Virus record (IMG/VR): IMGVR_UViG_3300045988_135485
DNA from: a virus
Strand: one strand, 5' to 3'
Length of the DNA stretch: 64,000 nt
Shown here: one piece after another, positions 37,097-46,580 of the stretch
Layout of the letters: each line of letters starts with the position of its first letter
How positions within the stretch are numbered: position 1 is the first letter of the stretch
Translations under genes and position numbers: made by a program
The notes under the pieces: model-generated
What the model was told of the DNA's origin: nothing
The model's input: only the letters and a program-made list of their open reading frames with translations
Databases searched by the model: none

Positions 37097-37384
37097 AATC
37101 CCTCCCTAAATGTTATGGTATGTTAGGTTGTGTAAAGTGGTGGTAGTCTACGATATATTTTTGTAAATGTCAAGCAAAAAACCTCAGTTTATTCAACTGA
37201 GGTTTCGGTGGAACTAATTAAGAAAAATAATATGTAGGTGTTTAATGATTCATGCGTCAAACTGTTATTAACTGACTAGCTATTCTTGGATTCGATTATC
37301 TTATATCTTATATAAAATACTTTGTCAATAGAAAAGTTGACTATTTTAAAAAATAGGTTTAGGCTGTGCTAAAACGGAGGTAAA
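37097..37384. promoter_or_regulatory. divergent promoter region with two inverted repeats
   Basis: Inverted repeat AAACCTCAGTT-n6-AACTGAGGTTT (37178-37205) overlaps reverse-strand TTGACA-17-TAGACT. Palindrome CTATTTTAAAAAATAG (37341-37356) sits between plus-strand TTGACT and TAGGCT upstream of terL. Confidence 0.5.
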
Positions 37385-39115
37385 ATGAAATACGTCTTCT
37401 CAAATAATCCTTATCTTCAAGCCTTAGCAGAAAAAGTCATAAGACAAAAGACCGATTCTGATATGGCCGAATGGGTTTGTAATAACACAACCTTAGCCGG
37501 GGGACCGTTTTCTTTGAAGAATAGGGGTTATCAGAGAGCCGTATTGGCTGATATGCACCCTAACCTTTGTTGTAAGAAGTTATCCCAAATCGGAATGACT
37601 GAATGTCAGATTCGTAAAGCTCTTGGTTTTATGGTAATGAACCCCGGAACCCGCGTTCTTTATACTTTTCCGACTAAGATATTGAAAGATAATAACAGTG
37701 CTCCTCGTATTCGCCCTATTTTTGATACGGACTTTCCGGGACAAGGTGATATAAGAAATAATAATATTCTTCAGATAGGTTCATCTTTCTTATATATTTC
37801 CGGTGGTTCCGAATCCGATGTTACATCTACGCCGGTAGATATGATTTTAAATGACGAAATTGATTTGGGAACATCAGAATTTTATGCCTTGGCTAATTCC
37901 AGACTTCAAGCGTCCGTCTATCAAATTAAACAAAGCTTTTCCACCCCTACCTTTGAAAATTTCGGTATCTCAGCTGATTATAATTCTTCTGACCAACGGG
38001 AATATTTTGTGAAATGCCCGCATTGTAACGAATGGCAGGTACCTCTTTATGACCTAGAATCCGTATATATTCCTAAGTTACCAAAGTTTATCCAAAGGCT
38101 TACAGATATAAAAGAGGACGTAGCCGTAGGATTAGATTACGACAATTCTTGCGTCGTATGCAAAAAGTGTCGGCATCCGCTTGATTTATCTGATGACGCT
38201 ATTCGGGAATGGGTTCCCACCTATCCGTCCAGAGAACATCACAGAGGATACCAGATTCGTCCATTTAGTACCAATTTATTGTCTATTAAATACTTGGTAA
38301 TGACAATGGCCGATTGTATAAAAAGAGGTCAAATCCGCCGCGGATATAATACGGTTCTTGGAGAAGAATATAAAGAGGGAGACGCTCGTATTGACGTTAA
38401 GGCGATTAAGAAATGCTTTAAATCGCAGGTAGTTCCGGAAGTTTCGCCGGATAAACCTGTATATATAGGTATAGATGAAGGCCTAACCTGCCATATAGTC
38501 CTTTACACAGACGGGGCGGCCTTCGCCTTTATTAGGGTTATTTACGACCAACTGTTGAGTAAAGTAAAGGAATTGGATAAGAAATACAATATTGTTGCCG
38601 GAGCTATCGACCGTTATCCTTATACTCCTTTATCAAATGATATTAGAGATATGACTGAGGGCCGTATCCAGCCAGTAGTTTACGGAGGCCAGAAGATTGC
38701 TGAGCCTAAACACGAACAAGATAAAGCAGTATCTTTCTATATGTGTAACCGTACCCACGCCCTTGATGCAGTTAAGTCTAAGATAGTGAACGGAGAGATT
38801 GATTTTTACGGTTATTATGACCAAGAAGAATTAATCACCGAGCATTTACAAGACATGGCCAGAGAAGACGTTCCCGGAAAACAACCTGAGTGGGTAAAGT
38901 TGAACGGGAATGACCACTATTTTCATGCGCTTGGATACGCTCTTTTAGCCAAACAGATAAAATATGTAGCCGGTCTCGGTCTAAAAAATGAAGACAGAAC
39001 AATAATTAGCTTGACAGGTCCAGAAGAAAATTATAAAAATAAGGATAAGATGAAGGATAGGTCTAACCTGTGTGGCTATATGAGTGGCTATTCAACTAAC
39101 AGGTTATTGTATTAG
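37385..39115 (+). CDS. terL: terminase large subunit (GpA-type)
   Basis: 576 aa with Walker A-like region, CPHCNEWQ zinc motif and CVVCKKC. Confidence 0.8.
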   Translation: MKYVFSNNPYLQALAEKVIRQKTDSDMAEWVCNNTTLAGGPFSLKNRGYQRAVLADMHPNLCCKKLSQIGMTECQIRKALGFMVMNPGTRVLYTFPTKILKDNNSAPRIRPIFDTDFPGQGDIRNNNILQIGSSFLYISGGSESDVTSTPVDMILNDEIDLGTSEFYALANSRLQASVYQIKQSFSTPTFENFGISADYNSSDQREYFVKCPHCNEWQVPLYDLESVYIPKLPKFIQRLTDIKEDVAVGLDYDNSCVVCKKCRHPLDLSDDAIREWVPTYPSREHHRGYQIRPFSTNLLSIKYLVMTMADCIKRGQIRRGYNTVLGEEYKEGDARIDVKAIKKCFKSQVVPEVSPDKPVYIGIDEGLTCHIVLYTDGAAFAFIRVIYDQLLSKVKELDKKYNIVAGAIDRYPYTPLSNDIRDMTEGRIQPVVYGGQKIAEPKHEQDKAVSFYMCNRTHALDAVKSKIVNGEIDFYGYYDQEELITEHLQDMAREDVPGKQPEWVKLNGNDHYFHALGYALLAKQIKYVAGLGLKNEDRTIISLTGPEENYKNKDKMKDRSNLCGYMSGYSTNRLLY

Positions 39116-39123
39116 GGAAGATT

Positions 39124-40611
39124 ATGGCAGGAATCAGTTCATTATTTGAGTTTATACTTCCAACTAAAAAGGCAAAGACTGACGGTAATGCTTATACTGA
39201 TACTTACCGCCCCGGCGGAAGTGCCAGCACTTTAACTGCTCCCGATTATATGGAGCATATTGAAGACCTTTATGATACAAGGGTTAGTGAAGATTCAAAC
39301 GAACTTTTACAAAACCTTTTTCGGCAAGACCCTGATTGCTCCGCAGCGGTAAATGCTTTTTTAACTGTATCTGATACAAAAATGGTCTATTATGCAGTTG
39401 ACGCTGAGGGAGAAATAAGTCAAGAAGGAACTAAGACCCTTGAATATCTTATTAATAGGATTACTTTTAGAAATGATTACACATTAAATTATCAAATGAA
39501 GCCTTCTCTTAGTTCTTTAAGAGAAGAGTTAAAGTATATGTGTCTTTTAAGAGGAGCTGTTGGAGCCGAGCTGGTATTTGATAAAACATTGCTCCCAAAA
39601 GAAATCAGAAATGTTGATATGCATTTTGTTGAATGGACGGAAAATAAGAACGGGGAATATAAACCGATTCAGAAGACTGATGAATCAGGTGAAGAAGTGA
39701 GCCTTGATATTCCTACATTCTTCACAGCCTTTTTCCGTAGAGACCCGACCAGTCCTTATACATATTCTTTCTTTGTAAGTGCTATAAATGTTATCGCCGC
39801 CAGACAACAGGTAATTAATGACCTGTATCGGATTATGAATATAACAGGCTTTCCACGCATTGATTTAACGGTGATGGAAGAAATTATAAAAAACAATATG
39901 CCCGCTGAAATTAAGGCTAATCCGGATAAATATAGAGAATATGTAAATAGCACCGTTAATACTATTGCTAATTCTTTTGCCAGTATTAAGCCTCAATATC
40001 CTATTGCCCACACTGACGCTGTTCAAGCTAAGATGCTGAATGAAAAAGGTCCGGGAAGTTCTTTACAGATTGCAGAAGTAATTGATACACTGAATGCCCA
40101 GAACCAAGCCGCAATGAAGGTCGTAAGTGCCGTACTCGGCCGCGGTTCTTCAGGTGTAAATACAGCATCTGTCGAGGCTAAAGTTTTTGCAGACAACGCA
40201 GCAGCTTTAAATAAACCGATTGACCATCTTCTTGAAGAAATATTTACACTGGCTTTGCGTATGTCCGGTTTTGATGGAAAGGCTGTTATGTATTCAAAGG
40301 GAGTTGACCTTAGACCAGAACTTGAATTGGAAAATCAACTAACAATGAGACAGGCTCGTTTACTGGAACAGCTCTCTCTTGGTATTATAACCGACCTTGA
40401 TTTTCACCTTTTAATGAATGACCGAGTTCCGATCGGACAAATTACTCAGTTATCAGGAACTAATTTCCAGTCTAATAAAATGAATACAACGGATACCACT
40501 TCAAACACTGACCCTCTTGGAAGGAGTTTAACAGCTGAAGGTGGAGATATGGCAAAGTCAAACAGTAACAAAACAACTAAGGACCAGCAGAAAGGGAAAG
40601 ACTTAAATTGA
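39124..40611 (+). CDS. portal protein
   Basis: 495 aa immediately after terL. Confidence 0.7.
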   Translation: MAGISSLFEFILPTKKAKTDGNAYTDTYRPGGSASTLTAPDYMEHIEDLYDTRVSEDSNELLQNLFRQDPDCSAAVNAFLTVSDTKMVYYAVDAEGEISQEGTKTLEYLINRITFRNDYTLNYQMKPSLSSLREELKYMCLLRGAVGAELVFDKTLLPKEIRNVDMHFVEWTENKNGEYKPIQKTDESGEEVSLDIPTFFTAFFRRDPTSPYTYSFFVSAINVIAARQQVINDLYRIMNITGFPRIDLTVMEEIIKNNMPAEIKANPDKYREYVNSTVNTIANSFASIKPQYPIAHTDAVQAKMLNEKGPGSSLQIAEVIDTLNAQNQAAMKVVSAVLGRGSSGVNTASVEAKVFADNAAALNKPIDHLLEEIFTLALRMSGFDGKAVMYSKGVDLRPELELENQLTMRQARLLEQLSLGIITDLDFHLLMNDRVPIGQITQLSGTNFQSNKMNTTDTTSNTDPLGRSLTAEGGDMAKSNSNKTTKDQQKGKDLN

Positions 40612-40653
40612 TAGTTTAAAAAAAACTATTGAATTAATTATTTAAAATGTTAT
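40611..40653 (+). promoter_or_regulatory. conserved upstream element TAGTTTAWWAAAAACTATTGAA...TTAATTATTTAAAATGT
   Basis: Recurs at 46490-46540. Both copies lie directly upstream of high-copy structural genes (protease/scaffold and major tail protein). Confidence 0.45.
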
Positions 40654-40676
40654 CTTTATGACAAAAGGGTAAAATT

Positions 40677-41864
40677 ATGGCTAAGAGAGTAACTTTAACA
40701 GAAAAAATGAGACAAGAGGTAATGGCCCGTTGTGGGACAGATGTTGACCTCAATAAAATTGTCTTTTATCAGGCTAGAGGTATTTCTACAGAACCTATCC
40801 ATCAAGGGACCTTATATGATAAGGGTATCTTAGAAAGACAGGCTCTTGTCGATATGTTAAATCTGGTAAATGACCCCCTTAATACTGTTACTCTACAGAC
40901 AATGCACAATCAAAAGGTTTTGCCAACAGGAAGAGTTTTCTATGCAGAATTAGTAGATGAACAGAATACAGGACATTCTGCTCTTTATACACTCTTCGGT
41001 GTTAGTACAAATCATCCCGAAATTATATCTGATGTAGATAATGGTATAATCGACGAAGTTTCTTACAGCTTTATGCCGAAGAAAATTCTATGTAATAAAT
41101 GTAATAAAGACTTCTTAGATGATGACGTAAACTTTCTTGATTTCCTTACCGGAACCTGTCCCGAATGCGGAGCAGTTATGGGTAAAGATGACGCTCATGT
41201 AATAATCCCGGGAGTGGAATCAGTTAGAGAATTGTCTTTGGTAACTAGAGGAGCTGCTAGACACGCAAAAATCCTTGATAGTATGTACCAAATGGCAATG
41301 TCAGATAAAAGCTCACCAGTTATTACTCTGACAAAGAAAGGGGTTAAAAAAGACCTCTGCGTATTTAATTTGTGTTCAACAATTTACAACAAGGAAGTAG
41401 AAATGAACCCAGAAGAGTTAAAAGCTGCCATTTTGGCGGCCACTGAGCCTCTGTCAAATGAGGTGAAGGACATGAAGGTTTCCTTGGCTTCCCTAGGACA
41501 AGAGAAGGCGGCTCTCGAGACAGCTAAAAATGAAGCTGAGAACACTAAAGCTGCTTTGGAAGAAGAGAAAGCTTCCTTGTCTGAAGAGAAGGCCAGATTA
41601 GAAACCGAATTGGCTGATTCAAAGAAAGAAATTGAACGCCTGAAAGGTGTTGAAGCTTCTTTCGATGAAGAGATTAAAAAGGTATTGGTTGCGGCCGGTT
41701 TATCCGACACTATTCCGGAAGACACTGAAGGTAAGGCTGAACTTTTGAAAAAAGCTCATCTTACGTTAGCAAATATTCCGGTTAATGGCGTTTCTGCCGG
41801 AGCCGATAGAGGTATTAACAATAACGAGAGTAGTGTTGACTTCTCGGTATATAAAGTTCGTTAA
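40677..41864 (+). CDS. prohead protease (HK97/S78-like) fused to coiled-coil scaffold domain
   Basis: Motif MHNQKVLPTGRV...EVSYSF with His/Ser spacing of S78 proteases. C-terminal 130 aa is a Glu/Lys/Ala heptad coiled coil. Confidence 0.65.
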   Translation: MAKRVTLTEKMRQEVMARCGTDVDLNKIVFYQARGISTEPIHQGTLYDKGILERQALVDMLNLVNDPLNTVTLQTMHNQKVLPTGRVFYAELVDEQNTGHSALYTLFGVSTNHPEIISDVDNGIIDEVSYSFMPKKILCNKCNKDFLDDDVNFLDFLTGTCPECGAVMGKDDAHVIIPGVESVRELSLVTRGAARHAKILDSMYQMAMSDKSSPVITLTKKGVKKDLCVFNLCSTIYNKEVEMNPEELKAAILAATEPLSNEVKDMKVSLASLGQEKAALETAKNEAENTKAALEEEKASLSEEKARLETELADSKKEIERLKGVEASFDEEIKKVLVAAGLSDTIPEDTEGKAELLKKAHLTLANIPVNGVSAGADRGINNNESSVDFSVYKVR

Positions 41865-41875
41865 GGAGAATTATA

Positions 41876-42262
41876 ATGGCTTATCAGGGCGTTACATTAA
41901 AAAATACTGTACCTGCCAATGACCTTACGTTTATTCTGGCTGATGACATTAAAGAAGAGCACGTTGGTTTGGCTGTTGTACAGGATAGCGCGGCCTCTAA
42001 TACGGTTAAACTTGCCGGAGACGGAGACCTGATTTTTGGTCGTTTGGAAAATGTCGAAGACCGTAAGGTTGAAGGCATTAAAGTCGGTGCAGTAAAAATT
42101 ATCGGTGGTATGGCTTTTAAAAAGTCAAAGGCAGCTGTCGCAGTTGGTGATAAAGTTGTCGGTGCCGGAAATGGTTTGGTCAAAAAGGGCGCAGATTCCA
42201 CTTCTGACCTTGCTGTATGGGAAGTAAACGGCGATGAAGTAATCGTCGTAAAGACACACTAA
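41876..42262 (+). CDS. head decoration protein (gpD-like)
   Basis: 128 aa between protease/scaffold and major capsid protein; Gly/Ala/Val-rich. Confidence 0.5.
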   Translation: MAYQGVTLKNTVPANDLTFILADDIKEEHVGLAVVQDSAASNTVKLAGDGDLIFGRLENVEDRKVEGIKVGAVKIIGGMAFKKSKAAVAVGDKVVGAGNGLVKKGADSTSDLAVWEVNGDEVIVVKTH

Positions 42263-42274
42263 GGAGAATAACAG

Positions 42275-43480
42275 ATGAAAAGTATTTTGGCATTAAAAGA
42301 AAATGCAAAATCGTTGAAAGAACTTCTGGGGGGGTTGAAGTCTGAAAAGCGTGTTGATTCCCAGAATGCCGGTATCGAATTTGCAGAAAAAGCAAAAGAA
42401 TATGGCATGGCAATTGACGATTATTTGCGTTTCGCAGTTGACCTTGACGCTGACGAAGAAGGTAAAAAATATAAAGCAGCTGGGTTGGATGGTTACGAAG
42501 CCGCGCTGGCTTACTTGGGCTTGCCGGTAAGAGAGGACTATTCAAAGAAGATTTCATTGGCCGCCACTGGTGAAACCTTCCAGTCCTATCCGGGTACCAG
42601 AGTTTTGTTTCCGCAGGTAGTTGACAGTGTTTTGCGTTTTTCTACCAATCAGAACTATCTCGAAAGTGTATCTGCTCTCGTAGGTAATTCTCGTACTATT
42701 ACTGGTACTGAGATGATTTCAATCGTCGCTGAATCTGATAAGGACGCAGAAGGTACCTTCTATGTAGCTCAGGGTGCTGACATTCCTTTGAGAACGATTA
42801 AGACCTCTGAACAGATGGTTTCTATGTATAAGCATGGTTCCGGTTACGAGTTCACTTATGAGTTTGAACGTCGTGCCGCAATTGACATCCTGATTCCGTA
42901 TGTTGCTCGTATTAATCGTCAGTTGGAACTGTCTAAAGTTGCTTTGGCTACGACTATTCTGATTAACGGTGACGGTGTACATCCGGCTGCTCCGATTGTT
43001 AAACAGTCTGATATGTATAAGAAGATAAACGGTGAAGCCGCTCAAGCTCCGACCAACAAGATTGATTATCCGTCTCTGTTGAGTTGGTTAGTCGACCGGG
43101 CTGGTAATGGTGCACACGCTCCGATTGACACCATAGCTGGTAACTATGATATGTACCTGCAATGGATGCTGATGTTTACACCTACTCTGTCTGATATTTC
43201 TCAGCCTGAAGCTATGGCTAAGGTTGGTGGTCCGGTTGTTACGGCAAATATTCCGGGTATGTTCTCTCCGATTAAATTTGCTCTGTCTTCTACCGTCCCG
43301 GCTGGTAAACTGATTGGCTTTACCAAGGCTGAAACGTTAGAGGAACTGATTGAAGCCGGGTCACAGATTTCTGAATCTGAAAAGGCTGTTAGAAATCAGA
43401 AAACAACCTATGTTAAATCAGAAGTTACTGGATACCGTTTGGTCTTCGGTGATACTCGTTCTATCTATGATACTAAATAG
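42275..43480 (+). CDS. major capsid protein
   Basis: 401 aa in the position and of the size expected for the major capsid protein. Strong hairpin 43495-43518 follows. Confidence 0.7.
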   Translation: MKSILALKENAKSLKELLGGLKSEKRVDSQNAGIEFAEKAKEYGMAIDDYLRFAVDLDADEEGKKYKAAGLDGYEAALAYLGLPVREDYSKKISLAATGETFQSYPGTRVLFPQVVDSVLRFSTNQNYLESVSALVGNSRTITGTEMISIVAESDKDAEGTFYVAQGADIPLRTIKTSEQMVSMYKHGSGYEFTYEFERRAAIDILIPYVARINRQLELSKVALATTILINGDGVHPAAPIVKQSDMYKKINGEAAQAPTNKIDYPSLLSWLVDRAGNGAHAPIDTIAGNYDMYLQWMLMFTPTLSDISQPEAMAKVGGPVVTANIPGMFSPIKFALSSTVPAGKLIGFTKAETLEELIEAGSQISESEKAVRNQKTTYVKSEVTGYRLVFGDTRSIYDTK

Positions 43481-43494
43481 TAGTGTGGGGGGAA

Positions 43495-43518
43495 GGAGGT
43501 CTTCTTCGGAAGACCTCC
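43495..43518 (+). terminator. hairpin GGAGGTCTTC-ttcg-GAAGACCTCC (attenuator/terminator after the major capsid gene)
   Basis: Perfect 10-bp stem. Confidence 0.45.
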
Positions 43519-43540
43519 AGATTAAAGAAAGGAGACTTAA

Positions 43541-43882
43541 ATGTCAGAAAATTACAAAAGAAAAGCTTTAATTAAACTTAAAGAAGGTTCTTTTCTCGAT
43601 TTGTTGTGTGAACAACAGTATATTATGAGTGGAAAGCCTTATGTGGCCATTGTTTCTACAGCCATTAACAGCCTTATTTCCAGAGGAAAAGCCGAATGGT
43701 TGGGAGAACTGGACGAGAGCGCAAGTCAGGAAGAGTTTGAAAAAATCTGGAAGAAGAGTGAAGAAAATCAGGAAAAGGCTGTGGCTGCTTTCATGAAATC
43801 TTTTGGCAAAAATAGAAAGATTGAATCTACTTCGACTGGTAACACAAATTCTTCTAGCCGTGGAAATTCTAACCAGCAGTAA
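43541..43882 (+). CDS. head completion/connector protein
   Basis: 113 aa ORF. Confidence 0.45.
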   Translation: MSENYKRKALIKLKEGSFLDLLCEQQYIMSGKPYVAIVSTAINSLISRGKAEWLGELDESASQEEFEKIWKKSEENQEKAVAAFMKSFGKNRKIESTSTGNTNSSSRGNSNQQ

Positions 43883-43896
43883 TAAGGTATCCGTTC

Positions 43897-44691
43897 ATGG
43901 ACTATGTATTTAAAGATGAAGATTTAACGATGCCTGTTGACATTACAGTCAATGGTAATTTCGTATATCCTGATGATAATAAATACACATATAAGATAAG
44001 GTCCATGGACGGAACCATATTATTTTCCAGCGAAGAACAGGAAGTCGTTCCAGAGGAGCCAGAGGAAGAACCTGTTTCAGAAAATAGTCAAGATACTGAA
44101 ACAGGAGAAATAATTCCTACGGATAGGATTATAATAGTTATCCCTAAAGAATATAACACCTTAGAGGAAGGAAAACTTTTTAAAAGTCAGATTGTGGAAG
44201 TAAGTTTCTTATATCAGAAGAAGCCTTATACGATTAAGAAAGCATATAGAATCACGTCCTTTTTCTATTTTAGTGCTTCTCCTCAAGATGTTAGAAACTA
44301 TTATGGTCTAAATAACGGGGAGCTTCCCGACGAGGACATTGACCTTAATGAAATTTATCTTCAGTTAGTACAAAAGCACGGAAACACTTTTATTAATTGT
44401 TTAAAGTCTGATGGTGTAGGTAATATCCGTGCTAACAGGCTTATTACTTTAAAAGGAGTAGTTCAAGTATTTCCGTCAGTAAGACTGCGTGTTAATCAAG
44501 AAGAAAACGATGGTTCTTCTAAGTTTACGCGTTACCTTAATAAGATTGATTGGGATAGTTTCCTCGACGACGTTCAGGCTGAGATAGAGGAGCTGGAAAA
44601 CAATCTAACTGGGGAAGAAACAATTACCTATACAAGTTATACTCCGTTTGTTGTTGGTGCAGTAACAGACGCAATTACCGGAGAAAGCTAA
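43897..44691 (+). CDS. head-tail structural protein
   Basis: 264 aa ORF. Confidence 0.45.
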   Translation: MDYVFKDEDLTMPVDITVNGNFVYPDDNKYTYKIRSMDGTILFSSEEQEVVPEEPEEEPVSENSQDTETGEIIPTDRIIIVIPKEYNTLEEGKLFKSQIVEVSFLYQKKPYTIKKAYRITSFFYFSASPQDVRNYYGLNNGELPDEDIDLNEIYLQLVQKHGNTFINCLKSDGVGNIRANRLITLKGVVQVFPSVRLRVNQEENDGSSKFTRYLNKIDWDSFLDDVQAEIEELENNLTGEETITYTSYTPFVVGAVTDAITGES

Positions 44692-45254
44692 TGGGTGATT
44701 TACATAGGGTAGGCCGGTCGATTAGGCATTTATTCGTAAAAGAAGACGGTAAACGGTTTTGGGGACAGCTTTTGAAACCGCCGATGAGCCAGACAAGAAG
44801 TTCTTCCTTTTTTAATGCTCGTCGTATTTTAAAAGTAGACAAATTTCAAAATATAAAAAATGGAGAAATATTCCAGTTGGCCGAGGGCGACTGGGCACTT
44901 ACTTTCGATAATACCGAAGGGTACTATCGGGATTTGATTTATTTAACCTATGGGGTAATTATTCTTGACACAGAATTATCTTGGAAGAGAAGAATTTCTG
45001 AAATCGACCCGGCTACAAAATTGGAAAAAACCGTAGGTTATAAAGACTTAGGTAAGTTCAAATGTGCAATGGAATTTACAGCCTATACAGACGATTCCTT
45101 AAAAATTCCTCAGCCCCGTTACCGTCTGTTATGTAACGCCGAAATCAGACCCGGAGACCTCTTAGACGACCAGATTACTGTACAACACGTTGAACACGTT
45201 CAAGGTATAGTAATGGCTTATGTAAGGGGAAAAGTTCTTGGAAAAGCTGACTAA
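44691..45254 (+). CDS. head-tail joining protein
   Basis: 187 aa ORF. Confidence 0.45.
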   Translation: MGDLHRVGRSIRHLFVKEDGKRFWGQLLKPPMSQTRSSSFFNARRILKVDKFQNIKNGEIFQLAEGDWALTFDNTEGYYRDLIYLTYGVIILDTELSWKRRISEIDPATKLEKTVGYKDLGKFKCAMEFTAYTDDSLKIPQPRYRLLCNAEIRPGDLLDDQITVQHVEHVQGIVMAYVRGKVLGKAD

Positions 45255-45861
45255 AAAATACGAGTTGTCTGAGCTGGGAAACGTTATCATTAATTCGGTA
45301 GAAAAGATAACGTTAAAACGATTTTCTAGATTAAAGCCAAGGCTTCAGGAAGTAGTCAGGAAAGAATCAGAAAGATATTTTAAGTATTTGGACGAAAAGG
45401 TAGTCGGAGTCCATGCTAATCCTTTTCATTTTTACAATAAACAACCTTGGCCAGCTTTAAGTGAAAAGTATGTAAAATATAAGAAGAAAAAGCATCGTAG
45501 CAGTGGCTTCTGGTCGAATAAGAAAGTTCTTCACAATTGGCTGCAATCGGCTAGTCCAACAGAAGTATTTGGACAGCCTTATATTGACATAAGAAACTTC
45601 AATCCTACTGCTACAGGTTTACAATGGGCTAATATAAGAGTGGAGCCTTTTCCAAGAACAAATATTAATGTTCCGGTTGAAATTTATAATAGACTTTTTG
45701 GAAGAAGAAGAGTATTATCAGGAGCAGCAGCTGTTTTAGGAACGTATGTATCTAACAACGATATGCGTCCTATTATTTCTCCGGCGATGAGACAACTTAT
45801 AAATTATTCTATAAAGAGAAAGGTAACAAGAACTATAAAGGAGGTTTTGCAAAATGGTTGA
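45238..45861 (+). CDS. head-tail joining/tail completion protein
   Basis: 207 aa ORF. Confidence 0.45.
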   Translation: MEKLTKKYELSELGNVIINSVEKITLKRFSRLKPRLQEVVRKESERYFKYLDEKVVGVHANPFHFYNKQPWPALSEKYVKYKKKKHRSSGFWSNKKVLHNWLQSASPTEVFGQPYIDIRNFNPTATGLQWANIRVEPFPRTNINVPVEIYNRLFGRRRVLSGAAAVLGTYVSNNDMRPIISPAMRQLINYSIKRKVTRTIKEVLQNG

Positions 45862-46312
45862 AGAAGATGTTTATAAAGATACAATAACCTCTGTTATGAG
45901 ATTCTTACTTGAAAAAATGGAGGATATACGAACGGAGGGTATATCTGAAAATATCGAATTTAAAAACTTAGATGGTCATGCTGAAGACCAAGTTCTTGAA
46001 AATATTGATTATATATTGTTCAGAAATTTTTGTGGTAATATAGGAGCCCACCTTTGCGATTATACCTTTGAAGTAGGGGTATCTACGTTCGAAGATGAAA
46101 ATCTATTTAGACACATTGAGATTATAAACAGGCTTGTGAACCTTTTAGCGCCATTAAAACAGATAACCGTTTATTCTCATAGAGATTACTGGTTGAAAAA
46201 AGGCACATTAACCTGTACAGAACCTTCAACGGTACAACCTTTTGGTAAGTATAATACTAGGGCCGTCCAGTTTCTTCTGGTAAGTGTTGAATCAACCGAG
46301 ACAAGGCCCTGA
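45854..46312 (+). CDS. tail terminator-like protein
   Basis: 152 aa ORF before the major tail protein. Confidence 0.45.
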   Translation: MVEEDVYKDTITSVMRFLLEKMEDIRTEGISENIEFKNLDGHAEDQVLENIDYILFRNFCGNIGAHLCDYTFEVGVSTFEDENLFRHIEIINRLVNLLAPLKQITVYSHRDYWLKKGTLTCTEPSTVQPFGKYNTRAVQFLLVSVESTETRP

Positions 46313-46469
46313 CATCGGCTTCTGACCCATAGGATAACCCAAGTTTAATTAAATATATAGCCTCTTTGGTTAGAGACCGTTCTGTAATTTCTGTTCTCTT
46401 TCTTAAACAATCATATATGGACCTTGGAAAATAGATTGTAAGACTGACTGTATCTTCCCTCTCGACCAT
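46257..46469 (-). CDS. ribbon-helix-helix (Arc/MetJ/CopG-like) DNA-binding protein; moron on opposite strand
   Basis: 70 aa. Beta-strand VSLTIYFP followed by helices ...ERSLTKEAIYLIKL, compare Arc GRSVNSEIYQRV. Lone minus-strand gene inside the late plus-strand operon. Confidence 0.5.
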   Translation of the reverse strand: MVEREDTVSLTIYFPRSIYDCLRKRTEITERSLTKEAIYLIKLGLSYGSEADVRALSRLIQHLPEETGRP

Positions 46470-46489
46470 TATCGTCTCCGTAGTTTATT

Positions 46490-46540
46490 TTAGTTTATTA
46501 AAAACTATTGAAACTATAGATTAAATTATTTAAAATGTAA
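46490..46540 (+). promoter_or_regulatory. second copy of the conserved late-gene upstream element
   Basis: See 40611-40653. Confidence 0.45.
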
Positions 46541-46580
46541 ATCGTAAATTAATATAAATCAATTATGAAAGGATAAAACT

